A stretch of DNA of 64,000 nucleotides, from positions 3,639 to 67,638 of the forward strand of contig DATIKM010000033.1 in assembly GCA_035477595.1 (NCBI GenBank). Direction: 5' to 3'. Source of the stretch: Chthonomonadales bacterium. GTDB lineage: Bacteria > Armatimonadota > Chthonomonadetes > Chthonomonadales > CAJBBX01. The notes under the pieces are model-generated. The model did no database searches and was not told the DNA's origin. It saw only the letters and a list, made by a program, of their open reading frames with translations. Position numbers and translations under genes: made by a program. Below, piece after piece: positions 8,290 through 17,257 of the stretch (position 1 is its first letter; each line of letters starts with the position of its first letter).

Positions 8290-11127
8290 ATGGACATACC
8301 GGTGGTTGCCGACAAGTGCGATGAGCCCGTCGAGGCGCACAACGCGGACGGGCCGGCGCTTTCGGACCGCGCCGCGGTCCACGGCTCGACGCGTCGGGAG
8401 GCGAGCGTGCCCACGGGCCTGCGCGTGCCCCGCCGGTTCACGGAGCCCGGCGAGGACGTGTGGGCCAGCGTCGAGTGGGCGAGGCGCAGCGCCGTCATCA
8501 CGGGAGAGCGTGGCGAGGTCGTGTTCGAGCAGCACGACATCGAGGCGCCGGCCGACTGGAGCCAGCTCGCCGTGAATGTGGTGGCGTCGAAGTACTTCCG
8601 CGGCCATGTCGGCACGGCGCAGCGCGAGCGCAGCGTGCGCCACCTGATCGAGCGCGTCGCCCACACGATCGCGGAATGGGGCAGGCGGGACGGCTACTTC
8701 GCCTCGGAGGGGGACTTCGCGGCCTTCCGCGATGAGCTGAGCCACCTGCTCCTCCACCAGAAGGCCGCCTTCAACTCGCCCGTGTGGTTCAACGTCGGCC
8801 TCGCCGACCAGCCGAAGCCTCAGTGCTCGGCGTGCTTCATCAACTCGGTCACCGACACGATGGACAGCATCCTCACTCTCGCGCGCACCGAAGGAATGTT
8901 GTTCAAGTTCGGGTCGGGAACGGGGACCAACTTCTCCACACTGCGCTCCTCCAAGGAGCGGCTGCACGGTGGCGGCACCGCCTCGGGCCCGGTCTCCTTC
9001 ATGCGCGGTTACGACGCCTTCGCTGGGGTCATCAAATCAGGGGGCAAGACCCGCAGGGCCGCGAAGATGGTGATCCTCAATGTGGATCACCCGGACGTCG
9101 TCGACTTCATCACCTGCAAGGCGAACGAAGAGCGGAAAGCGTGGGCGCTGATCGACGCCGGATACAACGGCAACTTCAACGCATCAGGCGGGGCGTACGA
9201 CAGCGTGAGCTACCAGAATGCCAACCATTCCGTTCGCGTCTCGGACGAGTTCATGGAGGCGTACCTGTCCGACGGGCCGTGGCACACCCGCGAGGTGCTG
9301 ACCGGTGAGGTTGCGGCAACGCACCAGGCGCAGGACCTGATGCGGCTCATCGCCGAGAGCGCATGGGTCTGCGGCGACCCCGGCGTTCAGTACGACACCA
9401 CCATCAATCGTTGGCACACCTGCAAGTCGACTGACCGGATTCACGCCAGCAATCCGTGCTCGGAGTACATGTTCCTCAACGACTCCGCGTGCAATCTTGC
9501 CTCCCTGAACCTGATGGAGTTCCGGCTCGAGGACCGCGAGTTCGACGTCTCGGCGTTCGAACATGCGTGCCGGATTCTGATCACGGCTCAGGAGATCATC
9601 GTCGACAACGCCAGCTACCCGACCGACGTGATCGAACAGAACAGCCGCGACTATCGCCCGCTCGGGCTTGGCTATGCAAACCTCGGGGCGCTCCTCATGT
9701 CACGCGGGGTCGCCTACGACAGCGATGCCGGCCGCGCCATCTCCGCCGCCGTCACAGCCCTGATGACGGGCGCGGCATACCACCAGTCGTGCGTGGTGGC
9801 GCGCGATTGCGGCGGTCCCTTCGCGGGGTATGCGCGGAACCGGCAGTCGTTCCTCGGTGTAATGCGCCTGCACCGGAGCGCCGTGGAATCGCTGGACGCC
9901 AGGCTGGCGCCTGCCGGCGTTGCTGAGGCTGCGCGCGCTCTCTGGGACCGCGTGCTGTCAGACGGCGAGGTCCATGGCTTCCGGAACGCGCAGTCGACCG
10001 TGCTGGCTCCGACGGGGACGATCGGCTTCATGATGGACTGCGACACGACCGGCATCGAGCCCGACATTGCGATCGTGAAGTACAAGAGCCTCGTCGGCGG
10101 CGGGATGATGAAGATCGTGAACCAGACCGTCCCGGAGGCGCTCAACCGGCTCGGATATCCTGAGGACCAGGCGGCTGCCATTCTGGCGCACATCGATGCC
10201 CGCGACACGATCGAGGGCGCGCCCGGGCTTCGCGAGGAGCACCTGCCCGTCTTCGATTGCGCTTTCAGGCCGGTCAACGGTGCGCGCTCGATCAACCACA
10301 TGGGTCACGTGAAGATGATGGCGGCCGTGCAGCCCTTCATCTCCGGGGCCATCTCGAAAACGGTCAACATGCCACACGAGGCAACCGCCGAGGACATCGC
10401 CCACGTCTATGTCGAGGGTTGGCGGCAGGGCCTCAAGGCTATCGCTATCTACCGCGATGGATCGAAGCGAACGCAGCCTCTTCGCACCCGGAGGGCCGAG
10501 GAGCAGCAGTCGGACGTCGGGGCGGCGCTCGGAACTCCTGCGTCGCTTGAGCCGCTGCCCGTGCGTCGTAAGTTGCCCGATGAGCGCAGGTCGATCACGC
10601 ACAAGTACAGCGTGGCGGGACATGAGGGCTACATCACCGTAGGCATGTACGACGACGGCAGCCCGGGTGAGATCTTCCTCACGATGAGCAAGGAGGGGTC
10701 CACCATCTCCGGGCTGATGGACACCATCGCCACGATGACATCGTTGGCTCTTCAGTATGGGGTTCCCCTCGAGACGCTGGTGAATAAGTTCGCCCATACG
10801 CGGTTCGAGCCCTCGGGCATCACGCCGAACCCCCAGATCCGCTTCGCCAAGTCGATTCCGGACTACATCTTCCGATGGTTGGGGCTGAAGTTCCTGCCGC
10901 ACGATGCGCAGCCGGCCGAGGAGGCGACGCTGAACGGGGGGGGCGCCGCCGGGCTGCCTGAGCGCCGACCGGATCCCAGCCCCGTCTCGGCGTTCGACCG
11001 TCGCGAGCACGAGATATACCAGCTACAGGCCGACGCGCCAGCCTGCGCGGACTGCGGGGCGCTCATGGTCCGGAACGGCGCCTGCTACAAGTGCACCAAT
11101 TGCGGGTCTACCCTGGGCTGCTCTTAG
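8290..11127 (+). CDS. nrdJ: Class II (adenosylcobalamin-dependent) ribonucleotide reductase
   Basis: 'NPCSEYMFLNDSACNLASLNL' active-site region and the C-terminal zinc ribbon 'CADCGALMVRNGACYKCTNCG'. AAGGAG lies 10 nt upstream of the ATG. Confidence 0.9.
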   Translation: MDIPVVADKCDEPVEAHNADGPALSDRAAVHGSTRREASVPTGLRVPRRFTEPGEDVWASVEWARRSAVITGERGEVVFEQHDIEAPADWSQLAVNVVASKYFRGHVGTAQRERSVRHLIERVAHTIAEWGRRDGYFASEGDFAAFRDELSHLLLHQKAAFNSPVWFNVGLADQPKPQCSACFINSVTDTMDSILTLARTEGMLFKFGSGTGTNFSTLRSSKERLHGGGTASGPVSFMRGYDAFAGVIKSGGKTRRAAKMVILNVDHPDVVDFITCKANEERKAWALIDAGYNGNFNASGGAYDSVSYQNANHSVRVSDEFMEAYLSDGPWHTREVLTGEVAATHQAQDLMRLIAESAWVCGDPGVQYDTTINRWHTCKSTDRIHASNPCSEYMFLNDSACNLASLNLMEFRLEDREFDVSAFEHACRILITAQEIIVDNASYPTDVIEQNSRDYRPLGLGYANLGALLMSRGVAYDSDAGRAISAAVTALMTGAAYHQSCVVARDCGGPFAGYARNRQSFLGVMRLHRSAVESLDARLAPAGVAEAARALWDRVLSDGEVHGFRNAQSTVLAPTGTIGFMMDCDTTGIEPDIAIVKYKSLVGGGMMKIVNQTVPEALNRLGYPEDQAAAILAHIDARDTIEGAPGLREEHLPVFDCAFRPVNGARSINHMGHVKMMAAVQPFISGAISKTVNMPHEATAEDIAHVYVEGWRQGLKAIAIYRDGSKRTQPLRTRRAEEQQSDVGAALGTPASLEPLPVRRKLPDERRSITHKYSVAGHEGYITVGMYDDGSPGEIFLTMSKEGSTISGLMDTIATMTSLALQYGVPLETLVNKFAHTRFEPSGITPNPQIRFAKSIPDYIFRWLGLKFLPHDAQPAEEATLNGGGAAGLPERRPDPSPVSAFDRREHEIYQLQADAPACADCGALMVRNGACYKCTNCGSTLGCS

Positions 11128-11220
11128 GACACTGCGGTAGGTACCTGCCCGGCGTCTGGTGGCGCGGCGGCAGACGAAGGCGCCTGCAGCGCTACGAGAG
11201 GCTGTCCGCGGGAAGCATCC

Positions 11221-11646
11221 ATGCTCAAGATCACCGAGGTTCGTCCGTCTCGCAGCGTCACTGGCGAGTACGTCGTGCTGCAGAACCAGGGACTGATGAC
11301 GGTGGCCCTGCGAGGCTGGGTTCTGTGCTCAGAGGCCTACCTGCAGGGTCTCTGGGATCAGCGCGCCTGTCCGGCGTACGTCTTTCGCACGGAGACGGCC
11401 GTCAAGCCCTATCAGCGCGTCGTCGTGTTCACAGGGGAGGGTGACGACGGCTGGTACTCGACCGTCGATGGCAAGCTGGCCTACGTGGCCTACTGGGGTC
11501 GGCACGAACCGGTGTGGTCGCGCGTCGAGCAAGTGTTCGTGCTCCACTGCGCCTCGTCCAGGCGCATCGCGGCGCTCGGGCCTCCGGCCGTCGCTGGCCA
11601 CCGTCCTTGGAACGCATCTCCTAGAGCCAGTCGTAGTGATCAATGA
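11221..11646 (+). CDS. Hypothetical protein, lamin-tail-domain (LTD)-like
   Basis: 'ITEV...GEYVVLQNQG...VALRGWVL' resembles the LTD pattern. The C-terminal ~35 aa are low complexity, so the true stop or frame is uncertain. Confidence 0.4.
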   Translation: MLKITEVRPSRSVTGEYVVLQNQGLMTVALRGWVLCSEAYLQGLWDQRACPAYVFRTETAVKPYQRVVVFTGEGDDGWYSTVDGKLAYVAYWGRHEPVWSRVEQVFVLHCASSRRIAALGPPAVAGHRPWNASPRASRSDQ

Positions 11647-11741
11647 CAACGGACTGGTGGTGCGCCGCGGTCGTTCGTCGATTCCCATGGGAGCAGCGAG
11701 TTCCTGGCGCGCCACGTGGCACCGCAAGGAGATGCTGCGCA

Positions 11742-11945
11742 ATGTGGGCACGCCCGCTGAACGATCAGTACACGGACGAGCTCTTCCTGGCGGGGGAGCT
11801 GGTGCAGCCGGGAGTATACCGCCAGCTGCAGAGCGACCGACGCGTCGTGCTGGAGACCGCCGAACGGCTGCCAGCCAGCCTTGATGGACGGGTAGCCACG
11901 TATGTGCGCGTTCCTGGGATATGGAGCGAGGAGCGCACCGTCTAG
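11742..11945 (+). CDS. Small hypothetical protein (67 aa)
   Basis: ATG 11742 is preceded by AAGGAG 10 nt upstream. I recognise no family. Confidence 0.25.
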   Translation: MWARPLNDQYTDELFLAGELVQPGVYRQLQSDRRVVLETAERLPASLDGRVATYVRVPGIWSEERTV

Positions 11946-12018
11946 ACGCCAACCTGGCCCGCTATACGCTTTCCTCAGGCCGGCGCCATTTGCGGCGCCG
12001 GCTTTCGTCGTGCGGGGC

Positions 12019-12849
12019 CTACGGGAGCTCGGTCAGGCCGTCTATGATCAGGTCCGGTTGGTCGTGCGGGGGCAGTCTGGCCGCGTCAGCCCTGGTGGAG
12101 ACGCCGGTGGTGACCAATACGCTCAGGCACCCAGTGCGCTTGCCGATAGCGATGTCCGTGTCGAGGCGGTCTCCTACGACGACGCATCGCTCCGGCGGCA
12201 TGGCGGCTGCCTCCAGCAGCATGCGGAGGCTGGCCGGTTCTGGCTTGCCGACCGTCTGCGGGGTTGTGCCGGTGCACGTCTCCACGGCGGCGACGAGCGA
12301 GCCGCCGCCCGGCAGGGTGCGGCCTCCCGCGTCCGGATAGGTGGCGTCGCGGTTCGTGGCGATGAACCGCGCGCCCCCCATGATCTGGGCGTGCGCCAGC
12401 GCAAGCTTCTGGTACGTGAACGCGCGGTCCCATCCCACGATCACGTAGTCGGCCGCGATGCCCTGATCGTCTATGACGTCGATCCCCACCGCCGTCAGCT
12501 CGCGCCTCAGTCCCTCCTCGCCGATCACGTAAGCGCGACGTCCGGCGCAGCCCTCGGCGTGGAGCAGCCGGGCGGTAGCATAGGCGGAGGTCATCACGTC
12601 CTCGATGGAGGCCCGCATGCCGAACCGGGCGAGCTTCCGTACGTAGTCCTCACGGGACTGCGATGAGTTGTTCGTGAGGTAGCGCACCACGTCGCCGCGG
12701 CCGCGCAGTCGCGCGATGGCCTCGGCTGCGCCCGGCAACGGATCGTCCATGCACCACAGGACGCCGTCCATATCGAACACGTAGATCGCGGGGTGCTCGA
12801 CAGGGCGATGCTCTGCGGGAGCGCTCTGCGGGTGTTGGGCGCCGGTCAT
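12019..12849 (-). CDS. HAD-IIA family sugar phosphatase (NagD-like)
   Basis: 'FDMDGVLW', 'LTNNSS' and 'VVGDRLDTDI'. The start ATG 12849 lies 5 nt after the upstream stop. Confidence 0.7.
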   Translation of the reverse strand: MTGAQHPQSAPAEHRPVEHPAIYVFDMDGVLWCMDDPLPGAAEAIARLRGRGDVVRYLTNNSSQSREDYVRKLARFGMRASIEDVMTSAYATARLLHAEGCAGRRAYVIGEEGLRRELTAVGIDVIDDQGIAADYVIVGWDRAFTYQKLALAHAQIMGGARFIATNRDATYPDAGGRTLPGGGSLVAAVETCTGTTPQTVGKPEPASLRMLLEAAAMPPERCVVVGDRLDTDIAIGKRTGCLSVLVTTGVSTRADAARLPPHDQPDLIIDGLTELP

Positions 12850-12853
12850 CGGC

Positions 12854-13885
12854 TCATCGCTGTCGCCGGGCGGCGTAGCTCGCCAGCGCCCAGGCGCTCT
12901 CTCTGGCTTCGCTCGGGGGCAGCGACAAGAGCGAAGCAGCGGCGGCGTCCGCGAGCCGCTGCGCAGCACAGCGCGCGGCGACGAGCGCACCGGTGCGCTC
13001 CATCACCGCGACGACGGGGCCGAAGTCTTCGGGCGGCAGGCTGGCCTGACCGAGCGCCTGCTCCAGCAGACGGCGCTCGGAGGCAGTCGCAGATGCCGCC
13101 GCGATGAGGAAGGGGAGGGTGACACGGCCTTCGCGCAGATCGCTGCCCAGCGGTTTGCCGGTGAGGGCGGGGTCGCCCGTGTAGTCGAGGAGGTCGTCGG
13201 TCACCTGGAATGCCGTGCCTAGATGAAGCCCAAAGTCCGCCAGCGCCTGCTCCTCGTCAGGCTTGGCCTCGCCGATGATCGCTCCACATCGCGCGCAGGC
13301 GCCGATGAACACTGCCGTCTTCTTGCGCAGGATCTCGTAATAACGCTCCTCCGACATGGTCGGGTCGTTGAGGGCCAGGATGCCCATGACCTCGCCTTCG
13401 CTCATGTCGATGGTGACATCCGCGATAGCCCTCAGCAGACGCAGGTCGCCGTCATCCGTGAAGACCCGCATCGCGCGGGCGAGAAGGTAGTCGCCCGTGA
13501 GCACCGCCACCCCGTTCCCGTAGAGCCGGTTGGCAGTCGGTCGCCCGCGCCGTGTGGCGGTGTGGTCGACTACGTCGTCGTGCACCAGCGTGGCCATGTG
13601 GACAAGCTCGAGAGCGGCGCCCACGGCGGAGAGGCGGCTGCCCCCGAAGTCCGAGCGCAGACATCGAGCCGCCAGGCAGGCGATCGCGGGACGGAGCCGC
13701 TTGCCGCCCGCCTGGAGCACATGGCTGCCGACCGTCTGGATGCGCCGCACGTCGGAGGCGATCTCTTCCCGCAGGCGCTCCTCGATGCTCGAGAGATCCT
13801 CTAGGACGGCAGGCGGAAGCTGCACATCCCACAGGGTCGCGCCCGATGCGGTGGCGCTCAACGACGGGTTCCTGCGTAGATGCAA
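12854..13885 (-). CDS. Long-chain polyprenyl diphosphate synthase
   Basis: First DDxxD motif 'LVHDDVVDH' and second 'FQVTDDLLDY'. The start is either ATG 13885 or TTG 13861; the latter forms a TTGA overlap with the ubiE stop. Confidence 0.8.
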   Translation of the reverse strand: MHLRRNPSLSATASGATLWDVQLPPAVLEDLSSIEERLREEIASDVRRIQTVGSHVLQAGGKRLRPAIACLAARCLRSDFGGSRLSAVGAALELVHMATLVHDDVVDHTATRRGRPTANRLYGNGVAVLTGDYLLARAMRVFTDDGDLRLLRAIADVTIDMSEGEVMGILALNDPTMSEERYYEILRKKTAVFIGACARCGAIIGEAKPDEEQALADFGLHLGTAFQVTDDLLDYTGDPALTGKPLGSDLREGRVTLPFLIAAASATASERRLLEQALGQASLPPEDFGPVVAVMERTGALVAARCAAQRLADAAAASLLSLPPSEARESAWALASYAARRQR

Positions 13886-14586
13886 ACGCTGCCGAGGTTC
13901 ATCGCCTGCACGCGCACGTCAAGGATGCCTGCGGCCCCCATCATCTGCAGGACCTCCGCGGGTGAGGAGAACTCCCGGATCGACCGCTGAAGGTAGCTGT
14001 AGGCGCGCCTGTCGCTGAGCACGGCTCCGACGGCAGGCAGCACACAGCGCTGGTAGGTCTCCACGGCGATCCGCGCGAGGCGGCCCGGGGGCCGGCCGAA
14101 CTCAAGAATGACCACGCGGCCGCCGGGAGCGACGACGCGCCCCATCTCGGCGATGGCGCGGGTCGGGTCATCCACGTTGCGCAGGCCGAACGCCACGGTT
14201 GCGGCGTTGAATGCCGCAGTCCGGAACGGCAGGTCCAAGGCGTCCCCGAGCGTGAGCGAGCTGGCCCCGAGGTTCGCAGAGTGCTTGGTTCGCGCAAGCC
14301 GAAGCATCGGCTCACAGAAGTCGGCGCCGACCACGAGGCCGGATGGCCCCACGACGCTGCGCAACGCCCTGGCCAGGTCGCCCGTGCCGGTGCAACAGTC
14401 GAGCACCGAATCGCCGCGCCGCAGGCCAGCCTCGCGCACCGCGGCACGACGCCAGGCAGCGTGTCTCCACAGGCTGAGCAGGGAGTTCAGAAGGTCGTAG
14501 CGTGGAGCAATGCGAGCGAACATGCGCCGTATCCGCTCCGCTCTGTCTGATCCCTCGGCGCGGGGGCGCGCGGCGTCCGCCAGCAT
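13858..14586 (-). CDS. ubiE: Demethylmenaquinone/ubiquinone C-methyltransferase
   Basis: 'FARIAPRYDLLNSLLSLWRHAAWRR' and the SAM motif 'VLDCCTGTGDLA'. Confidence 0.85.
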   Translation of the reverse strand: MLADAARPRAEGSDRAERIRRMFARIAPRYDLLNSLLSLWRHAAWRRAAVREAGLRRGDSVLDCCTGTGDLARALRSVVGPSGLVVGADFCEPMLRLARTKHSANLGASSLTLGDALDLPFRTAAFNAATVAFGLRNVDDPTRAIAEMGRVVAPGGRVVILEFGRPPGRLARIAVETYQRCVLPAVGAVLSDRRAYSYLQRSIREFSSPAEVLQMMGAAGILDVRVQAMNLGSVCIYAGTRR

Positions 14587-14819
14587 CGATTACCTCGAAG
14601 CATGCCGCTCGGCGGGGCCACTGCAAGGAGTGGGCTCCGGGGAGCGATGGTGTCGCCGTGAGTATAACATACGCGGAGCATGCTTCCGATCAGGCACCCC
14701 GTGCAGGAAACCGCGGGCCGCGGAGCGTACCTGATTGCACCGCGCGCCGGATGCATGGACGGATGTTGGCCTGCCGTCGGTTGGGTCAGGGCGCGTGCCA
14801 GCTCAAGGAGGGTCCACCC

Positions 14820-15356
14820 ATGTCACCAAAGCGCGCCGTGGCGCTGCTCGCGTTGCTTGGCGCAGTAGCGGTCGCGTCAGTGCCCGCTACTGCGTCTGCT
14901 GCGGGCGCTCCGCTGTCGCTGGGAGCAGGGTCGTACGCTGGTCTGGCTGGCCAGGGGCTGCTGGAGCCGCTAGTGCATATATCGCTTCGCGGAGGCGCGA
15001 TGCTCAGCCCACGGGGAGCGGGAGTCGTTGGCATCGATGCCTCCTTGCCGGTTCTGAGTATCGGCCCGGGCTGGCGCGGCCGGCTGGACGCGGATGTGAT
15101 AATCAGAGCGAACCTGGCCGGTGTCAACACCATGGTGCCGCTGACCATTAACCAGCTCTACACGGTCGCCGCCCCCGGCCGCATCGGCGTTGGCTACTAC
15201 GGCGCCGGCGTCGGCATCGCGGCGGGCGGCGGGACGCGGCTTACCGCGAAGCTCGTCGCGGGAGCGGAGATTGCGCGCAGGCTGGGCGGCGAGGTCAACG
15301 TTCACTTCGTGGAGCGGGACACGCTGGTCACCGTTGTGGCGCGGCTGCACCTGTGA
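14820..15356 (+). CDS. Hypothetical secreted Gly/Ala-rich protein
   Basis: Signal peptide 'MSPKRAVALLALLGAVAVASVPATASA'. AAGGAGGG lies 8 nt upstream of ATG 14820. The listed 14502 start is an extension. Confidence 0.45.
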   Translation: MSPKRAVALLALLGAVAVASVPATASAAGAPLSLGAGSYAGLAGQGLLEPLVHISLRGGAMLSPRGAGVVGIDASLPVLSIGPGWRGRLDADVIIRANLAGVNTMVPLTINQLYTVAAPGRIGVGYYGAGVGIAAGGGTRLTAKLVAGAEIARRLGGEVNVHFVERDTLVTVVARLHL

Positions 15357-15395
15357 GGCACTGCCCTATTGGTTCTGGCTGTGCGAAGTGGAGAC

Positions 15396-15426
15396 GGAGG
15401 CGTCGCCCACGGGAGGCGACGCCTCC
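15396..15426. terminator. GC-rich hairpin between convergent genes (candidate bidirectional terminator)
   Basis: Perfect 12-bp stem GGAGGCGTCGCC / GGCGACGCCTCC with a 7-nt loop. There is no U-tract. Confidence 0.45.
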
Positions 15427-15467
15427 ACATCCCTGATCGCGCACGGCCAGCCGTGCCGGAGCGGCCC

Positions 15468-16262
15468 TCAGCCGGTGTCGCACGTGGGAGGAGGCGCCAC
15501 GCCCACTCTTTCGTAGATGCAGCGCAGATAGGGCAGCGCTCCGGCCGGATTCGGCGATCCCCGCTTGGTGAGCAGTGCGGACCGGGGGATCGCCACACCA
15601 ACCACCTCGCGGTCGCCGCCCACCATCGCACGCAGAATGTCGCCCGCGCCATGCTCCTGGCGGTTGAGGACGACCTCGCCATCGACCATGTCGCCCACGA
15701 CGCGCAGGCGCATCGCGACGCCGTCGAGGACATAGCGCAACCCCTCCGGCGCGGCGAAGTCATAGACGACGGCCTCCGCGGAGCCTTCCCACGAGACAGG
15801 AACGAAGCCCATCAGTCCCTTGGTGGCGCGCTGGACTGCCAGCACCTCCGGATGAGGAAGCACATTCAGCGGGACCTCCGCACGTGCGTCGACAGCCCAG
15901 CGAATGTGGGCCTCCGCGCATAGCGTCCACCCTTCGCGCCGTCGCGTGCATCGCGCATCGTCGGGGAGGTGCACAACTGCGGCGCAGTCCTGAACGAATG
16001 CGGGGCCCACGTGGAGTGCCTGCGCGGCGACGGCGCGTTCGCGAACGTGGCGGTGATGCGTGCGGTTCCTGCCGGAGCCGGTGATCCAATGCTCGACGAG
16101 ATCAACGGTGAGCATCTGCACGTCTTGCTCGATGGCACCGCCCTCGATGCGTACCGTTGCCGGTACGGCGGAGCCGCGGTGGTACTGCGCCGCTGTGGTG
16201 GCGACGCTGACGCTGACGCTCCCGATGCCGAGCTTCGCCCCCAAACGCGAGAACACACCCAT
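15468..16262 (-). CDS. SpoOM-family (sporulation-control Spo0M-like, arrestin-fold) protein
   Basis: 'MGVFSRLGAKLGIGS', 'VRIEGGAIEQDV' and 'VLPHP' parallel B. subtilis Spo0M. The start is ATG 16262. The remainder of the listed 572-aa ORF is an Arg-rich extension. Confidence 0.7.
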   Translation of the reverse strand: MGVFSRLGAKLGIGSVSVSVATTAAQYHRGSAVPATVRIEGGAIEQDVQMLTVDLVEHWITGSGRNRTHHRHVRERAVAAQALHVGPAFVQDCAAVVHLPDDARCTRRREGWTLCAEAHIRWAVDARAEVPLNVLPHPEVLAVQRATKGLMGFVPVSWEGSAEAVVYDFAAPEGLRYVLDGVAMRLRVVGDMVDGEVVLNRQEHGAGDILRAMVGGDREVVGVAIPRSALLTKRGSPNPAGALPYLRCIYERVGVAPPPTCDTG

Positions 16263-16309
16263 GCGCTTCTCCCTCCGGACTGTCTGCTCACGGCAGATGC
16301 GGCGCGCGG

Positions 16310-17110
16310 CTATCGCATCCGCCACCCCTGGTCGACTGCCGGTCCATCGGTGTTCGGGGGCTCGGGTAGGGCGCCGAACCGCACCAACTGCGCGCGGCCC
16401 GCTGTCGTAGTGACGATGGCGACCAGCCCCGCGCCCAGCATGGCGAGCCCAACCCCGGTGGCGGCCAGCAGGGCGAAGGTCACCATTGTAGCGAGCAGGA
16501 ATATTGATGTAAAGCCGGGCGCGCTCACGGCCATCACCAGCGCGTTCTTCAGCACCGACCGCAGGCGCGGGGGGGCGCCGCCGTCGCGGGCGATGATGCC
16601 TGCGTGCGCTGCGACGAGCAGAGGCCAGTGGTACAGGCAGTTCATCCACCAGAAGAGGAGTGCGTAGCCGAACAGCGCGGCCACGAGCGCCGCGCCTGGG
16701 AACGCGCGCGTGACGAAGAAGACGATGTCTGCCAGCAGGACGAGCGAGATGATGCCCTGGACCAGTGCGAGAGCTACAGCCTGCTTCCAGTGCCGGCGGG
16801 CCGCCGACCATAGGGCGGCATAGTTGGGCTCGTCGCGCGAGGCGATCAGGTGGGCGACATGGCACGTCCCGAACCACAGCGGGCCGCCCACCAGGAAGAC
16901 CCAGACCACGGCGGCCCCGACCAGCAACGGGTGTTGCGAGGCGACGGCTGAGGCCGGCGGCAAGGCGATGACGGCGAAGACCGTCAGACTGACGCCGCAC
17001 ACCAAGCCGAGCGCGTCCCAGGCATCCGCGAGAGCGCGGCGCAGCTCCCGCCCGGTGCGAGGGGGACGGGGCAGAGGACGAGGCTCGTCGGGCGTTATCG
17101 GAGCGGGCAT
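16310..17110 (-). CDS. Hypothetical polytopic membrane protein
   Basis: It has at least five long hydrophobic segments after a Pro/Arg-rich N-terminus. I recognise no family with confidence. Confidence 0.5.
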   Translation of the reverse strand: MPAPITPDEPRPLPRPPRTGRELRRALADAWDALGLVCGVSLTVFAVIALPPASAVASQHPLLVGAAVVWVFLVGGPLWFGTCHVAHLIASRDEPNYAALWSAARRHWKQAVALALVQGIISLVLLADIVFFVTRAFPGAALVAALFGYALLFWWMNCLYHWPLLVAAHAGIIARDGGAPPRLRSVLKNALVMAVSAPGFTSIFLLATMVTFALLAATGVGLAMLGAGLVAIVTTTAGRAQLVRFGALPEPPNTDGPAVDQGWRMR

Positions 17111-17257
17111 AGGCGGTATATAGCACCGCCCCCGTCAACCGGTCAACCTGCGACGTCTGGGCGATGGCGCCGCGAGAAGGGGACACGTACGCCCTGTGTG
17201 CGATAGTATGCGCGTCGGCGTGCGGGTTGCGACCTGCGCTCGCTGGGGAGGTCGAGG

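Noticed and set aside
14597-14688. Long-range complementary 9-mers GAAGCATGC (14597-14605) and GCATGCTTC (14680-14688) in the ubiE/secreted-protein divergent region.
   Set aside because: This is a single 9-bp pairing that includes a self-palindromic GCATGC. It has no supporting secondary structure or conservation evidence.
16263-17186. Upstream 308-codon extension of the Spo0M ORF (listed as 15468-17186).
   Set aside because: The Spo0M homology starts exactly at Met 'MGVFSRLGAKLGIG' (16262). The extension is Arg/Pro-rich and overlaps, in another frame, a plausible polytopic membrane protein gene (16310-17110).
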